A stretch of DNA of 64,000 nt from Thermodesulfobacteriota bacterium (GCA_040755455.1 JBFMAY010000001.1:128001-192000), one strand, 5' to 3'. Positions 46,782 to 56,069 are shown, counted from the stretch's first letter. Notes: generated by a model not told the origin, from the letters alone. Numbers and translations are program-made.

Positions 46782-46817
46782 ATGGACGGCGACGCCGGAA
46801 GCGCCATCGCCGTCCGT
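46782..46817. terminator. GC-rich hairpin between convergent genes
   Basis: atggacggcga...tcgccgtccgt 11-bp stem; no U-tract. Confidence 0.4.
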
Positions 46818-46823
46818 GGCGAA

Positions 46824-49187
46824 CTACATGGAGCTGATCTGCAGATCGATCAGGTCATCCATTCTGTCCAGGTAAATATCCAGGGGCTGCTGCCTGAGGG
46901 CGGCGAGTCCGACCCGGAGATCCAGGGCCTGGATATCATGGGCGAGAGAGGGCGAGCCGACTATCTTCTCCGCCTCGTCATAGCGGTTCAGCTTGATCAA
47001 GGCCTTGGCGCAATTGATGGCCGCTTCCGCGCTGCTGCCGGCAATGGGGTTAAGGATCTCGTATGCCTTTTCAGGCCAGCTGTTGGCCAGCAGTATCCGG
47101 CCCGTATGTTCCATGGTGGAGTCGTTCCGGGGCAGCAGGTCAAGCAGGGGCTCCGCCTGGTGCCGAAAGCCGAGTTTCAGGTAGAAATTCAATAGGCTGA
47201 GGAAGTCGGTCATTTCTCCCATGAGTTTCTGCGGCAGGGAGTCCTTGAGCACCATGTAATAGAGATTTTCGTTCTGTTTGCGCAGACCGTCCAGATCATT
47301 GAAGCGATAGATGTTCTGCGGCGGGTTATCCGGCAGACCATCCATATGGTCAATGATGACGGGCTCCATCACCTGATGGAGAAAAACCTGGAACATGAGG
47401 GTCCGGCCGGCGAGTTCACTGCGGCCGTAATCAGCCGGGAAGCTTACCGGAAACTGGCTGACCCTGCCTCCCTTCATGCCCTGCAGACCGGCCTCGAAAT
47501 CAGGGAGGAGTTTGCCGCTGCCCAGCACGGCATCCTGGTAATAGGCCTCGGTGGCCGGCACAACCTGGCCGTCCAGAATACCCTTGCAGTCGTATATAAC
47601 CTTGCAGCCGTGGGCTGCGGTGCCGCGGCGTTTGCAGCGAAAGCCGGTAAACGGTCCGGCCAGGAAGCTTGTTACCTCCGGATCATGGGGAAATTGAGCC
47701 TTGAGCCGGGTCATGCATTGATGGGCGGCATGAAATTCCTCCAGGCACAGATAAATCTGCGTCAGCATGATGAGGGCCTCGGGCCGGCAGGAAAGGGCCG
47801 CGAAGTTTGCGGTGATGAAGCCCGCCACCTCGAAAAGGTTGCTGCCGGTGGCAACGTTTTCCTGGAAATCCTGACGATTCAGGCGCCACAGCATGCTCAT
47901 TCGCCGGATTTCCTCCTCGCTCATGGCGTCGGTGGCGAAATCGCGGCATATGCTCAGGTAAGCTGGTTTGGTCACGGCCAGCGGTTTGATGCCATGGGCC
48001 TCATGGTCGTCAAGGATGGGGATGCCGAAGAAGAGGTGCAGCTGCTGGGAAATGGAATTGCCGCTGACGGGCACCCTGTTGGCCTTGACAAAATCCAGGG
48101 TTTTCTGGGCATGGGCAAATGACTCCCCTGGCAGGCCGAAGAGGGTGAAGAGTTCAACGTTGATGCCGGCCTGCTGGACTTTGCCGATGACCCCGGCGAG
48201 TTTTTCCGGGTTGAGTCCCTTATTGATTCTGGTCAGCACCTCGTGGTCGGCTGATTCGAGTCCGAAGGCAATGGTGTGGGCCCCCGCTTTTTTGAGCAGC
48301 TCGAGCAGCTCGTCATCAATGAGATTGTATCTGGTCTGGCACCAGAAGGTGATGGCCGGGCATTGGGTAATGATGCTGCGCAGCAGCTCAACAAGCCGCC
48401 CGCGGGAAAAGGCGAAGTTGGGATCGGCAAACCAGAAGTCGCGGATGCCCCTGGCCTGCAGATGTTTGATTTCGGCCGTGACCCGGCCGATGGAATGAAA
48501 CCGTACCTTTTTATTGCTGGCGCGGGTGGTGTAACAGAAGGTGCAGGGCGAGGTGCAGCCCCGGGAGGTGAGGAGAATAACCCGGCTCTTGCCGGCCGTG
48601 TCGATGATCCCTTCCAGGTAGGGGGAGGGCAGGCTGTCAAGGTCCTCCACCACCTCCGCCGGTGGGGTGTCAACCGCCTTTCCCTGATCCAGGTAGCAGA
48701 TGCCCGGCACCTCGGCAAGGGGCCTGCCCTTGTCCAGGGCCCGGCCAAGGGCAGGCAGTACTCCTTCACCTTCCCCCCGGCACAGGATGTCCACGTTCTT
48801 CATCTGGAGCAGGGCCGCGCCGGGCATGAAGGTGATCTGGGGGCCACCCAGGATTACCAGAATTTCCGGGCGGAGCCTTTTGGCATAACTGGCCCAGACC
48901 AGCACCCTGTTGATGTTTTCGTCATAAACCGAAAAACCGAGCACATCCGGTTTTTCGGCGGCAAGCATATCGCGGAAAAGTTTCGGCGGCAGAGGTCTGT
49001 CCTTGTAATCGCCGAGAATGGTGCCGCTGTAGCCGTGCTTCCTGAGGGCGGCCAGAGCGTAGGCCTGGGAGATGGGAATGGTATCCGGGGAGTCGATGGT
49101 GGCCCATTCATTGACATGTATGAAGAGAAAGTTTGTCCTGTCTGCCTGTCGGTTTTGCTTCATGACGTGGCTGCTCCTGCTCATCAT
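46824..49187 (-). CDS. Cobalamin-dependent radical SAM protein with trigger-factor-like FKBP domain and TPR-like helices
   Basis: B12-binding domain (ILGGPQIT, GEGE), SRGCTSPCTFC (CxxxCxxC), FGLES, GLPGE, then V.YD.KG..DG...LGSGKLLPDFE.GL.GMK.G....F.V.FP.DY...ELAG..L.F.V. Confidence 0.9.
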   Translation of the reverse strand: MMSRSSHVMKQNRQADRTNFLFIHVNEWATIDSPDTIPISQAYALAALRKHGYSGTILGDYKDRPLPPKLFRDMLAAEKPDVLGFSVYDENINRVLVWASYAKRLRPEILVILGGPQITFMPGAALLQMKNVDILCRGEGEGVLPALGRALDKGRPLAEVPGICYLDQGKAVDTPPAEVVEDLDSLPSPYLEGIIDTAGKSRVILLTSRGCTSPCTFCYTTRASNKKVRFHSIGRVTAEIKHLQARGIRDFWFADPNFAFSRGRLVELLRSIITQCPAITFWCQTRYNLIDDELLELLKKAGAHTIAFGLESADHEVLTRINKGLNPEKLAGVIGKVQQAGINVELFTLFGLPGESFAHAQKTLDFVKANRVPVSGNSISQQLHLFFGIPILDDHEAHGIKPLAVTKPAYLSICRDFATDAMSEEEIRRMSMLWRLNRQDFQENVATGSNLFEVAGFITANFAALSCRPEALIMLTQIYLCLEEFHAAHQCMTRLKAQFPHDPEVTSFLAGPFTGFRCKRRGTAAHGCKVIYDCKGILDGQVVPATEAYYQDAVLGSGKLLPDFEAGLQGMKGGRVSQFPVSFPADYGRSELAGRTLMFQVFLHQVMEPVIIDHMDGLPDNPPQNIYRFNDLDGLRKQNENLYYMVLKDSLPQKLMGEMTDFLSLLNFYLKLGFRHQAEPLLDLLPRNDSTMEHTGRILLANSWPEKAYEILNPIAGSSAEAAINCAKALIKLNRYDEAEKIVGSPSLAHDIQALDLRVGLAALRQQPLDIYLDRMDDLIDLQISSM

Positions 49188-49579
49188 TTATAGATGTGTC
49201 GCGTTTATTTTTTTGTTATATTTCCTTTCGCCCCTGCTGAGCAGCGTAGTCAAACGGCAAGCTGTCGATGTGCATGTGCATTGCGGTGCTGAGCCGGGCG
49301 GACCGTTAATTGATAAATTGTCGCAAGTAAGTCATGTGTCTGTTTCACCAAAAAAAGAGCAGGAAACAAGACATGGCTTCAAAATTTTCAGTACATTATC
49401 GTGTGAAATATCAGTTGTCAATCGATCCTGTGCATTTAATGCCGTGGGGTAATGGTAGGAGAGTTTTTCCGTTGCCTTGCATTGTTCCGGTTGACAAAAA
49501 GGATATTTGTAGATAAATCAGATTGTGATGTAGGTATTGGTACCTAAACCGGCTTGAAATTTTTCTTTTTCCCCCGTAA

Positions 49580-50548
49580 ATGACGCCATACAGACCTCTG
49601 ACCATAATCAGTCATCCGCATTACCTGGAGCATGATACAGGAGGCGGAGACCATCCGGAAAGCCCTGAACGTCTACGATTCATTGATAGGCAGCTCAAGG
49701 ACAGCCCCCTTTCCCCCTGCATCACTAAAAAAACCGCCAGAAGAGCGCTGCGGGAGGATGTCCTCGTCTATCACACGGAGGCCTATCTGTACCGCCTGGA
49801 AGAAACCGCCCTGAAAGGACAGACCTATATTGACCACCGGGACAATCAGATCTGTTTCGAGTCCTTTGAGGCGATTCTGCTTGCGGCCGGGGGCTGCCTG
49901 ACCGGCATCGATCTGCTGGAAGAGGGCAGCGATCTGGTTTTCTGCTGCATACGGCCTCCGGGCCACCATGCGGAACGGGCCATGGCCCTGGGTTTCTGTT
50001 TCGTCAATAATGCGGTTGTCGCCGCCAGGTACTGGCAGAAACGGTATGGACGACAAAAAATTGCCGTCATCGACTGGGACGCCCATCACGGCAACGGCAT
50101 CCAGGATGCCTTTGAGGAAGACCCTGATGTTTTTTACATCAGCATCCATGAGCATCCCACTTTCAGCTTTCCGGGCACCGGCTATGCCGAGGAAAAAGGC
50201 CTGGGGGCAGGGGCCGGCACCACCCTGAATATTCCCCTGCCGCCCGGGGCCGATGACGCCATGTTTCTCCGCGCTATGAGCAAATTCGTGGAGCCGGCCC
50301 TGGACGTCTTCCGGCCGGAGAGGATTATCGTTTCCGCCGGATTTGACGGGCATGTGCTGGATGACATGTCAGGACTGTCCTACAGCACGGAGCTTTACGG
50401 CGTGATCGGCGAGCGGATGGCGGCACTGACCGACAGGTATTGCCAGGGGAAAAGCCTGTCGATCCTGGAAGGCGGCTATCATCTGGAAGCCCTGGCCGCC
50501 AGCGTTGAACGTTACCTCCTTGGCCTGGCCAAGTGTAAGCCGTTGTAA
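49580..50548 (+). CDS. Histone deacetylase-family (AcuC-like) zinc-dependent deacylase
   Basis: HPESPERL, RPPGHHA, GFC..NN, DWDAHHGNG, SAGFD, LEGGY. Confidence 0.94.
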   Translation: MTPYRPLTIISHPHYLEHDTGGGDHPESPERLRFIDRQLKDSPLSPCITKKTARRALREDVLVYHTEAYLYRLEETALKGQTYIDHRDNQICFESFEAILLAAGGCLTGIDLLEEGSDLVFCCIRPPGHHAERAMALGFCFVNNAVVAARYWQKRYGRQKIAVIDWDAHHGNGIQDAFEEDPDVFYISIHEHPTFSFPGTGYAEEKGLGAGAGTTLNIPLPPGADDAMFLRAMSKFVEPALDVFRPERIIVSAGFDGHVLDDMSGLSYSTELYGVIGERMAALTDRYCQGKSLSILEGGYHLEALAASVERYLLGLAKCKPL

Positions 50549-50581
50549 AAAAATAACTGTAACATCGCCATTACGGTGAAC

Positions 50582-50640
50582 GGCATAACGGGCCGTAACG
50601 AAATGGTCAGAGATGTAATGGTTATTGCAACGGCCCCTAA
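50582..50640 (+). repeat. Copy B of the ~60-bp imperfect inverted-repeat element
   Basis: ggcataacgggccgtaacgaaatggtca-N9-tggttattgcaacggcccctaa. Confidence 0.9.
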
Positions 50641-50682
50641 CCCGATATAAAAAAACAATATCGTCGTCCCGATGTCAGAGAC

Positions 50683-50742
50683 GGCATAAGGGGCCGTAAC
50701 GAAATGCTCAAAAAAGAAGAGGTTATTTCGCAACGGCCCTAA
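50683..50742 (+). repeat. Copy C of the ~60-bp imperfect inverted-repeat element (101-bp period from copy B)
   Basis: ggcataaggggccgtaacgaaatgctca-N9-aggttatttcgcaacggccctaa; ends a few nt before the AAGGAG RBS. Confidence 0.9.
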
Positions 50743-50757
50743 ATAAAGGAGTGGAAA

Positions 50758-51435
50758 ATGTATATAGCACGCCATATGACCTCACCGGCGCTGACTGTTT
50801 CCCCGGACACCCTGCTGCCGGATGTCCGTGAAATCATGAATACCCGCAGGTTCAGGCACCTGCCGGTGGTCGATGAGCAGCAGCGGTTGATCGGTATGAT
50901 CACCGACCGGGATCTGCGTTCCGCCTATCCCTCCTCGCTGCTGCCCGAGGACAAGCGGCTGGCTATCCTGGAGAAGGTGGCCAAGACCGAGGTCAGGTCC
51001 ATCATGTCCCAGAAGATCATTGCCATTACCCCGCTTTCCACCCTGGATGATGCCCTCTATTTCCTGTCCAAGGAAAAAATCGGCATGCTGCCGGTGGTTG
51101 ATGAGGAACAGCATGTTATCGGCGTCTTTTCCGTCCATGACCTCATGATGGCCTATAAAAAACTCTATGGCATCGGCGATCGCGGTTCCGCACTGATTGC
51201 CGTGGAGGATGACGGCAAGCCGAAACCTCTGACCAGAATCGTCCGGGTGCTGGAGGAGCGGGAAATCCGCTTTTCCCGCCTGACCAGGGTCCATGGCGAG
51301 GCCGGGGAAAAGAAGATCATCTATCTGCGCGTCCATACCTTCAACCTCAATGTGGTGCATAAGGCGCTGAAAGAAATCGGCATGACCATGATGGTTCCCG
51401 ATCTGCAGGAAATTCTGCCAAAGCCCCATGCCTGA
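50758..51435 (+). CDS. AcuB-like CBS-pair plus ACT-like domain protein
   Basis: RHLPVVD...GMITDRDL, second CBS LPVVD...GVFSVHDL, C-terminal ACT-like beta-alpha pattern. Confidence 0.88.
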   Translation: MYIARHMTSPALTVSPDTLLPDVREIMNTRRFRHLPVVDEQQRLIGMITDRDLRSAYPSSLLPEDKRLAILEKVAKTEVRSIMSQKIIAITPLSTLDDALYFLSKEKIGMLPVVDEEQHVIGVFSVHDLMMAYKKLYGIGDRGSALIAVEDDGKPKPLTRIVRVLEEREIRFSRLTRVHGEAGEKKIIYLRVHTFNLNVVHKALKEIGMTMMVPDLQEILPKPHA

Positions 51436-51506
51436 TCGAGCCGGTCTGAGCTTTTTCTCGCAATACCGGTAACTACCGCAGCAACCTGGGGGGAGGTGGG
51501 TTCATC

Positions 51507-53384
51507 ATGAACGCAGAAAATGCAGGCTGTGATCCTGACTGGCAGAACCGTTACAGCGACATGATTGCCACCGCCCGAAAGGCGGTCTCCCATGTGAAGC
51601 ACGGGCAGCGGGTTTTTATCGGCACCGGCTGCGGCGAACCGGTTGAACTGGTCAAGGCGTTGACCGACCGTGCCGGCGAGCTGGCGGATGTGGAGATTAT
51701 CCACTTGATCACCAAAGGTGAGGCCCCCTATGCCTGCAAACGTCTGGCCGATTGTTTTTCGGTCAACAGTTTCTTCATCGGCGCCAATGTGCGCGATCAT
51801 ATTCAGGAAGGGCTTGGGCATTACACCCCCATGCTGCTGTCCGATATCCCCAGGATCTTCAGTTCCGGCCAGATTCCCCTGGATGTGGTCCTGCTCCAGG
51901 TGACACCGCCGGACATGCGGGGCAAGGTCAGCCTGGGCGTGTCCGTTGATATCGTAAAAAGCGCGGCGGAAAACGGCTCGCTGGTCATCGCCCAGGTCAA
52001 TCCCCTGATGCCCAGGACCCTGGGGGATTCCTTCCTTGATATCTATGATCTCGACATCCTGGTTCCCATTGCCACCCCGCTCATCGAGCGGCAAGCCGGT
52101 CCGCCCAACGAGGTGACCAGAAAGATCGGCGGCTATATCGCCTCGCTGGTGGAGGATGGCTCTACGGTGGAATTCGGCATCGGCACGATTCCCCAGGCCC
52201 TGGTGGAATTTCTCAAGGACAAGAAGGACCTGGGCATCCATACGGAAATGCTGAGCGAAGGTGTCATCGAGCTGATTGAAGCGGGCGCGGTCACCGGCAG
52301 AAGGAAAACCCTGGATGCCGGCAGGATCGTCACCAGCTTCTGCATGGGCACCAAAAAGCTCTATGACTATGTGGACAACAACCCTCTCTTCTGTTTCCGT
52401 CCCACCGAATATGTCAATGATCCCTTCATCATCGGCAGGCAGCATAAGATGGTGGCCATCAATATGGCCCTGGAGGTTGACCTCACCGGCCAGGTCTGCG
52501 CCGATTCCTTGGGCTCAAAGTTCTACTCGGGCATCGGCGGCCAAGTTGATTTCAACCGTGGCGCGGCACGGTCAAAGGGGGGCAAGGCCATCATCGCCAT
52601 GCCGTCCACGGCGCTTGATGACACGGTGTCCCGCATCGTGACCCGGCTCGCCACCGGCGGCGGGGTTGTTACTTCCCGCGGGGAAGTGCATTATGTCATC
52701 ACGGAATACGGCATTGCCTATCTGCATGGCAAAAGCGTGCAGGAGCGCTGCCTGGCCCTGATCAGCATCGCCCATCCCCATTTTCGGGAGCAGCTGCTGA
52801 AGGAGGCCATTGAGGCAAAATACATCCGCCAGGAAATGTCTGATGTGGAAGGTCGTTTCATGGTGGCCTCCCAGGAAATGAAGACATCGGTGCTGCTTGA
52901 TGACGGCACCCAGATCAATTTCCGCCACGTTCATCCCACCGATCTGCCGCGCATGCGCGATCTGCTCTACGCCCTGTCCCAGGAAACGATCTATTACCGG
53001 TTCATGACCCGCTCCCAACGTTTTGCCCATAGTCAGATCCAGAACTTCGTCTATGTGGATCACCGCAAGGATGTGGCCATCGTGGCCACGGTGCCCGAGG
53101 CCCACGGGGAGGATATCATTGCCATCGGCCGTTATTATCTTGATGAACGGACCAACCGGGCGGAGGTGGCCTTTGTGGTCCACGATCAGTGGCAGAACCG
53201 GCATATCGGCACGTTTCTCTTCAAATATCTGGCGGCCCTGGCCAAGCGCAGCGGCATTGCCGGGTTTACCGCGGAGGTGCTGCTGGAAAACAGAAGGATG
53301 CAGGCCATATTCAACAGTTCCTCTTTGAAGGTGGAAAGCCAGAGGGAAGAGGACGTCTACCGGTTCAAGATCGAATTCGATTAG
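51507..53384 (+). CDS. Acetyl-CoA hydrolase/4-hydroxybutyrate CoA-transferase-family domain fused to a C-terminal GNAT acyltransferase
   Basis: G.G.IP, LGIHTEM, VDLTGQVCADS, SGIGGQVDF.RGA, VITEYGIA.L.GK; then AEVAFVVHDQWQNRHIGT and AEVL.EN..M. Confidence 0.92.
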   Translation: MNAENAGCDPDWQNRYSDMIATARKAVSHVKHGQRVFIGTGCGEPVELVKALTDRAGELADVEIIHLITKGEAPYACKRLADCFSVNSFFIGANVRDHIQEGLGHYTPMLLSDIPRIFSSGQIPLDVVLLQVTPPDMRGKVSLGVSVDIVKSAAENGSLVIAQVNPLMPRTLGDSFLDIYDLDILVPIATPLIERQAGPPNEVTRKIGGYIASLVEDGSTVEFGIGTIPQALVEFLKDKKDLGIHTEMLSEGVIELIEAGAVTGRRKTLDAGRIVTSFCMGTKKLYDYVDNNPLFCFRPTEYVNDPFIIGRQHKMVAINMALEVDLTGQVCADSLGSKFYSGIGGQVDFNRGAARSKGGKAIIAMPSTALDDTVSRIVTRLATGGGVVTSRGEVHYVITEYGIAYLHGKSVQERCLALISIAHPHFREQLLKEAIEAKYIRQEMSDVEGRFMVASQEMKTSVLLDDGTQINFRHVHPTDLPRMRDLLYALSQETIYYRFMTRSQRFAHSQIQNFVYVDHRKDVAIVATVPEAHGEDIIAIGRYYLDERTNRAEVAFVVHDQWQNRHIGTFLFKYLAALAKRSGIAGFTAEVLLENRRMQAIFNSSSLKVESQREEDVYRFKIEFD

Positions 53385-53501
53385 TCCGCCACCCAGTCTG
53401 ACTATTTTTTGCCTGCCGGCATCTCCGCCTTGCTTCTTCTGGGGGGAAATGTCATGATTTAAACGTCATGATGTTTTGTTCAAGTTTTTGTGTGCCTCGC
53501 C

Positions 53502-54977
53502 ATGGGAAATACCTCGCCGCTAAAGATATTTGTCTTATTGACCCTGCTGATCGGTCTGATCGAGCAGGGCTTGATGTATTTTCTCGGTGCCGGCGCCATT
53601 GCCCTGCATCCTTTTGTCGTGGGCATGCTGGATTCGTTTTTCCTCATCCTGATCCTTTTTCCCTTTCTGTATCTGCTCGTCTACCGGCCTTTTGGCAAAA
53701 ACATGGAAAACCTCTGCCAGGCAAAGGAAAGGGCGGAGGAGGCGCATGACCGTCTCCTGTCGGTGCTGGACAGCATTGATGCCATTATCTACGTTGCCGA
53801 CATGCAGACCTATGAACTGCTCTTTGTCAACAGGTACACCAGGGAGATGTTTGGTGACATTACCGGCAGGATATGCTGGCAGACGCTGCAGATCGGTCAG
53901 TCAGGTCCGTGCCCTTTCTGCACCAATGACAAACTGGTCAATGCCGTCGGCGAACCGCAGATGTGCAGATGGGAGTTCCGCAACACGGTCACCGGCCACT
54001 GGTATGATATCCGCGACCGGGCGATCCGCTGGGTGGACGGCCGGCTGGTGCGTATGGAAATTGCCATGGACATCAGCAGCCGGAAGAAATCGGAGGAACA
54101 GATCAGACAGCAGAATACCTTTCTGCATAATGTGCTTGAGTCCCTGCCCTACCCTTTTTATGTGGTGAATACCGATACCTACGAGATTGAACTGGCCAAC
54201 GGCATTGCTCTGCATCAGGGAATCAGCAGGGGCAGGAAATGTTATGCCGCAACTCATGATGCCGATGCTCCCTGTAATTCGGCGGAGCACCAATGCCCAT
54301 TGAATCTCGTGAAAAGGCTGCGGGAGCCGGTTATCGAGGAGCATGTGCACAAGGACCGGCACGGCAATGATAAGTACGTGGAAATTCACGGCTACCCCAT
54401 TGCCGATGAAAACGGCAGGGTCAGCCGGATGATTGAGTATCAGATCAATATCACGGAGCGGAAAAAAGTCGAAGAGGCCCTGCGCCGCATTGCCGTCACC
54501 GATGAGATGACTAAACTGTATAACCGGCGCGGCTTTCTCCTGCTGGCCGAAAAACAGATCAAGATCGCCGACCGCATGCCGGGCGAGCTTTTTGTTCTTT
54601 ATGCCGACTGCGATAAGTTGAAATGGATTAACGACACCCTGGGGCATAAGACCGGCGATCAGCTGATCATGGAAACGGCGGAGATGTTGCAGAATACCTT
54701 TCGGCAGGCGGATATCATCGGCCGCCTGGGCGGCGATGAATTTGTCGTGGTCATGGTGGATGAATCCGGCAAGGAAAGCGTCAATACGGTCAAAGAGAGG
54801 CTGGCAAGCGCCATCGTGAAAAGAAACGAGCTGCCGGACCGCCGGTATGTTCTTTCCCTGAGCTACGGCATTGTCCGCTACGATAAGAACAACCCCTGTT
54901 CCATGGAGCAGCTGCTCTCAAAGGCGGATCATATCATGTACAAGGTGAAAAATGAGCACAGGGAAAAATTACCATAA
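53502..54977 (+). CDS. TM-PAS-PAS-GGDEF diguanylate cyclase
   Basis: 2 TM, two Cys-rich PAS domains, RQAD I-site, GGDEF. Confidence 0.92.
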   Translation: MGNTSPLKIFVLLTLLIGLIEQGLMYFLGAGAIALHPFVVGMLDSFFLILILFPFLYLLVYRPFGKNMENLCQAKERAEEAHDRLLSVLDSIDAIIYVADMQTYELLFVNRYTREMFGDITGRICWQTLQIGQSGPCPFCTNDKLVNAVGEPQMCRWEFRNTVTGHWYDIRDRAIRWVDGRLVRMEIAMDISSRKKSEEQIRQQNTFLHNVLESLPYPFYVVNTDTYEIELANGIALHQGISRGRKCYAATHDADAPCNSAEHQCPLNLVKRLREPVIEEHVHKDRHGNDKYVEIHGYPIADENGRVSRMIEYQINITERKKVEEALRRIAVTDEMTKLYNRRGFLLLAEKQIKIADRMPGELFVLYADCDKLKWINDTLGHKTGDQLIMETAEMLQNTFRQADIIGRLGGDEFVVVMVDESGKESVNTVKERLASAIVKRNELPDRRYVLSLSYGIVRYDKNNPCSMEQLLSKADHIMYKVKNEHREKLP

Positions 54978-55095
54978 GCCGGTTGATCGCTGTGCAGCTG
55001 TGCTATGAGGGTGCGGAATGCGCTATGCGGTGGCATTGGAAAAAAATCAGGGACCGTTGCCCTCATGCCACGGACCTGAAAAATGTTCCTCGCTC

Positions 55096-55239
55096 TTATT
55101 CCTCATCCTGTGCGTTGCCGCCATCTGTCTCTGACGTGCCGCCTTTTTTATCCTGCCGGCGTTGTTGTTTTTCTTCTTTCTTTTTTTTCTTTGCCAGTTC
55201 TTTCTGGCGTTTATCAAATGAATAATTGTTTTTTGCCAA
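55096..55239 (-). CDS. Small basic protein (47 aa), below the ORF-track cutoff
   Basis: AAGGA RBS, TTG start, MAKNNYSFDKRQKELAKKKKKEEKQQRRQDKKGGTSETDGGNAQDEE*. Confidence 0.72.
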   Translation of the reverse strand: MAKNNYSFDKRQKELAKKKKKEEKQQRRQDKKGGTSETDGGNAQDEE

Positions 55240-55367
55240 TGGGGTTCCTTTGGGTTGTATTTATCTCACAGGATTACTTTGATAAGTGATGGCGAACGGC
55301 CAGCCTGGCAATACATCGCCCAGGGATTTGTGTTGCCCTTGGATGAATCTAGCCAGATGGCAGTTTC

Positions 55368-55565
55368 CTAATCTCCGGCGGCCTGTTCCTCAATCTGTCC
55401 CGCACTGCATAGTGCGCATGGCATATTGCCACCAATACATTTATCAATCAACCGCCAGTTGCCGTCAAAGCTCTGGCCCGCATGTTTTTTCCGGCAATGT
55501 TCGCAAACCCATATTTCTTCCGGTTTTCCTTTGCTGCTGATTACAACATACTGAAACATTTTCAT
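55368..55565 (-). CDS. Small putative zinc-binding protein (CxxC...CxxC)
   Basis: 65 aa with WVCEHC and PCALC; same strand as, and downstream of, the cold-shock gene. Confidence 0.65.
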   Translation of the reverse strand: MKMFQYVVISSKGKPEEIWVCEHCRKKHAGQSFDGNWRLIDKCIGGNMPCALCSAGQIEEQAAGD

Positions 55566-55614
55566 CTGTTATTCCAAGTGAAATTAAAGAGCAACGGGGA
55601 GGAGTTCTTCTGTG

Positions 55615-55651
55615 TCGTCTCCTGCCCCGATGTCATCGGGGCAGGAGACGA
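55615..55651. repeat. Perfect 18-bp inverted repeat with 1-nt centre
   Basis: tcgtctcctgccccgatg-t-catcggggcaggagacga. Confidence 0.9.
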
Positions 55652-55677
55652 TTGCATCATGTATGGACTGGGCTGCC

Positions 55678-55709
55678 AAAAAAAAACCCCGCAGAATGCG
55701 GGGTTTTTT
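55678..55709 (-). terminator. Intrinsic terminator of the cold-shock gene (bidirectional shape)
   Basis: A9-ccccgca-gaa-tgcgggg-T6, 20 nt after the csp stop. Confidence 0.88.
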
Positions 55710-55729
55710 GTAATGGTCAATGCCGAGGC

Positions 55730-55930
55730 TTACTGCTGGATAACATTCTCGGCCGCCGGGCCTTTCGGGCCGTCGACAACATTAAATTTTACCCGGGCGC
55801 CTTCAGTAAGAGATTTGAATCCTTGGGCCTGGATGGCGGAATGATGGACAAATACGTCCTTGCCGCCGTCCTGCTCAATAAAACCAAAACCCTTCGCATC
55901 ATTAAACCATTTAACTGTACCTTCTGCCAT
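55730..55930 (-). CDS. csp: Cold-shock protein (CspA family)
   Basis: [38 protein letters not shown]. Confidence 0.97.
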   Translation of the reverse strand: MAEGTVKWFNDAKGFGFIEQDGGKDVFVHHSAIQAQGFKSLTEGARVKFNVVDGPKGPAAENVIQQ

Positions 55931-56030
55931 TTTGTACTACTCCTTGAAAACAGGGTTCCTCTTGGGAACCACTTGATAAATTGTCCAACTTACCAACAGG
56001 CAAGTCGGTTGGCAGCTTGTTTGTCCAAAC

Positions 56031-56069
56031 AAAAAAACCGCACTTCCTCTCTGCAAGGATTGTGCGGTT
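56031..56069 (-). terminator. Terminator-like hairpin ~100 nt upstream of the csp start
   Basis: Minus strand aaccgcac-aa-tcct-tgcagag-agga-a-gtgcggtt followed by a T run. Confidence 0.6.

Noticed and set aside
50582..50742. Tandem repeats read as a mini CRISPR array
   Set aside because: Only two ~60-bp units with internal variation, a third solitary copy 25 kb away, and no cas genes in the window.
54983..55289. Plus-strand hydrophobic ORFs of 80 aa and 68 aa
   Set aside because: Better explained as antisense shadows of the Lys-rich small gene at 55096-55239.
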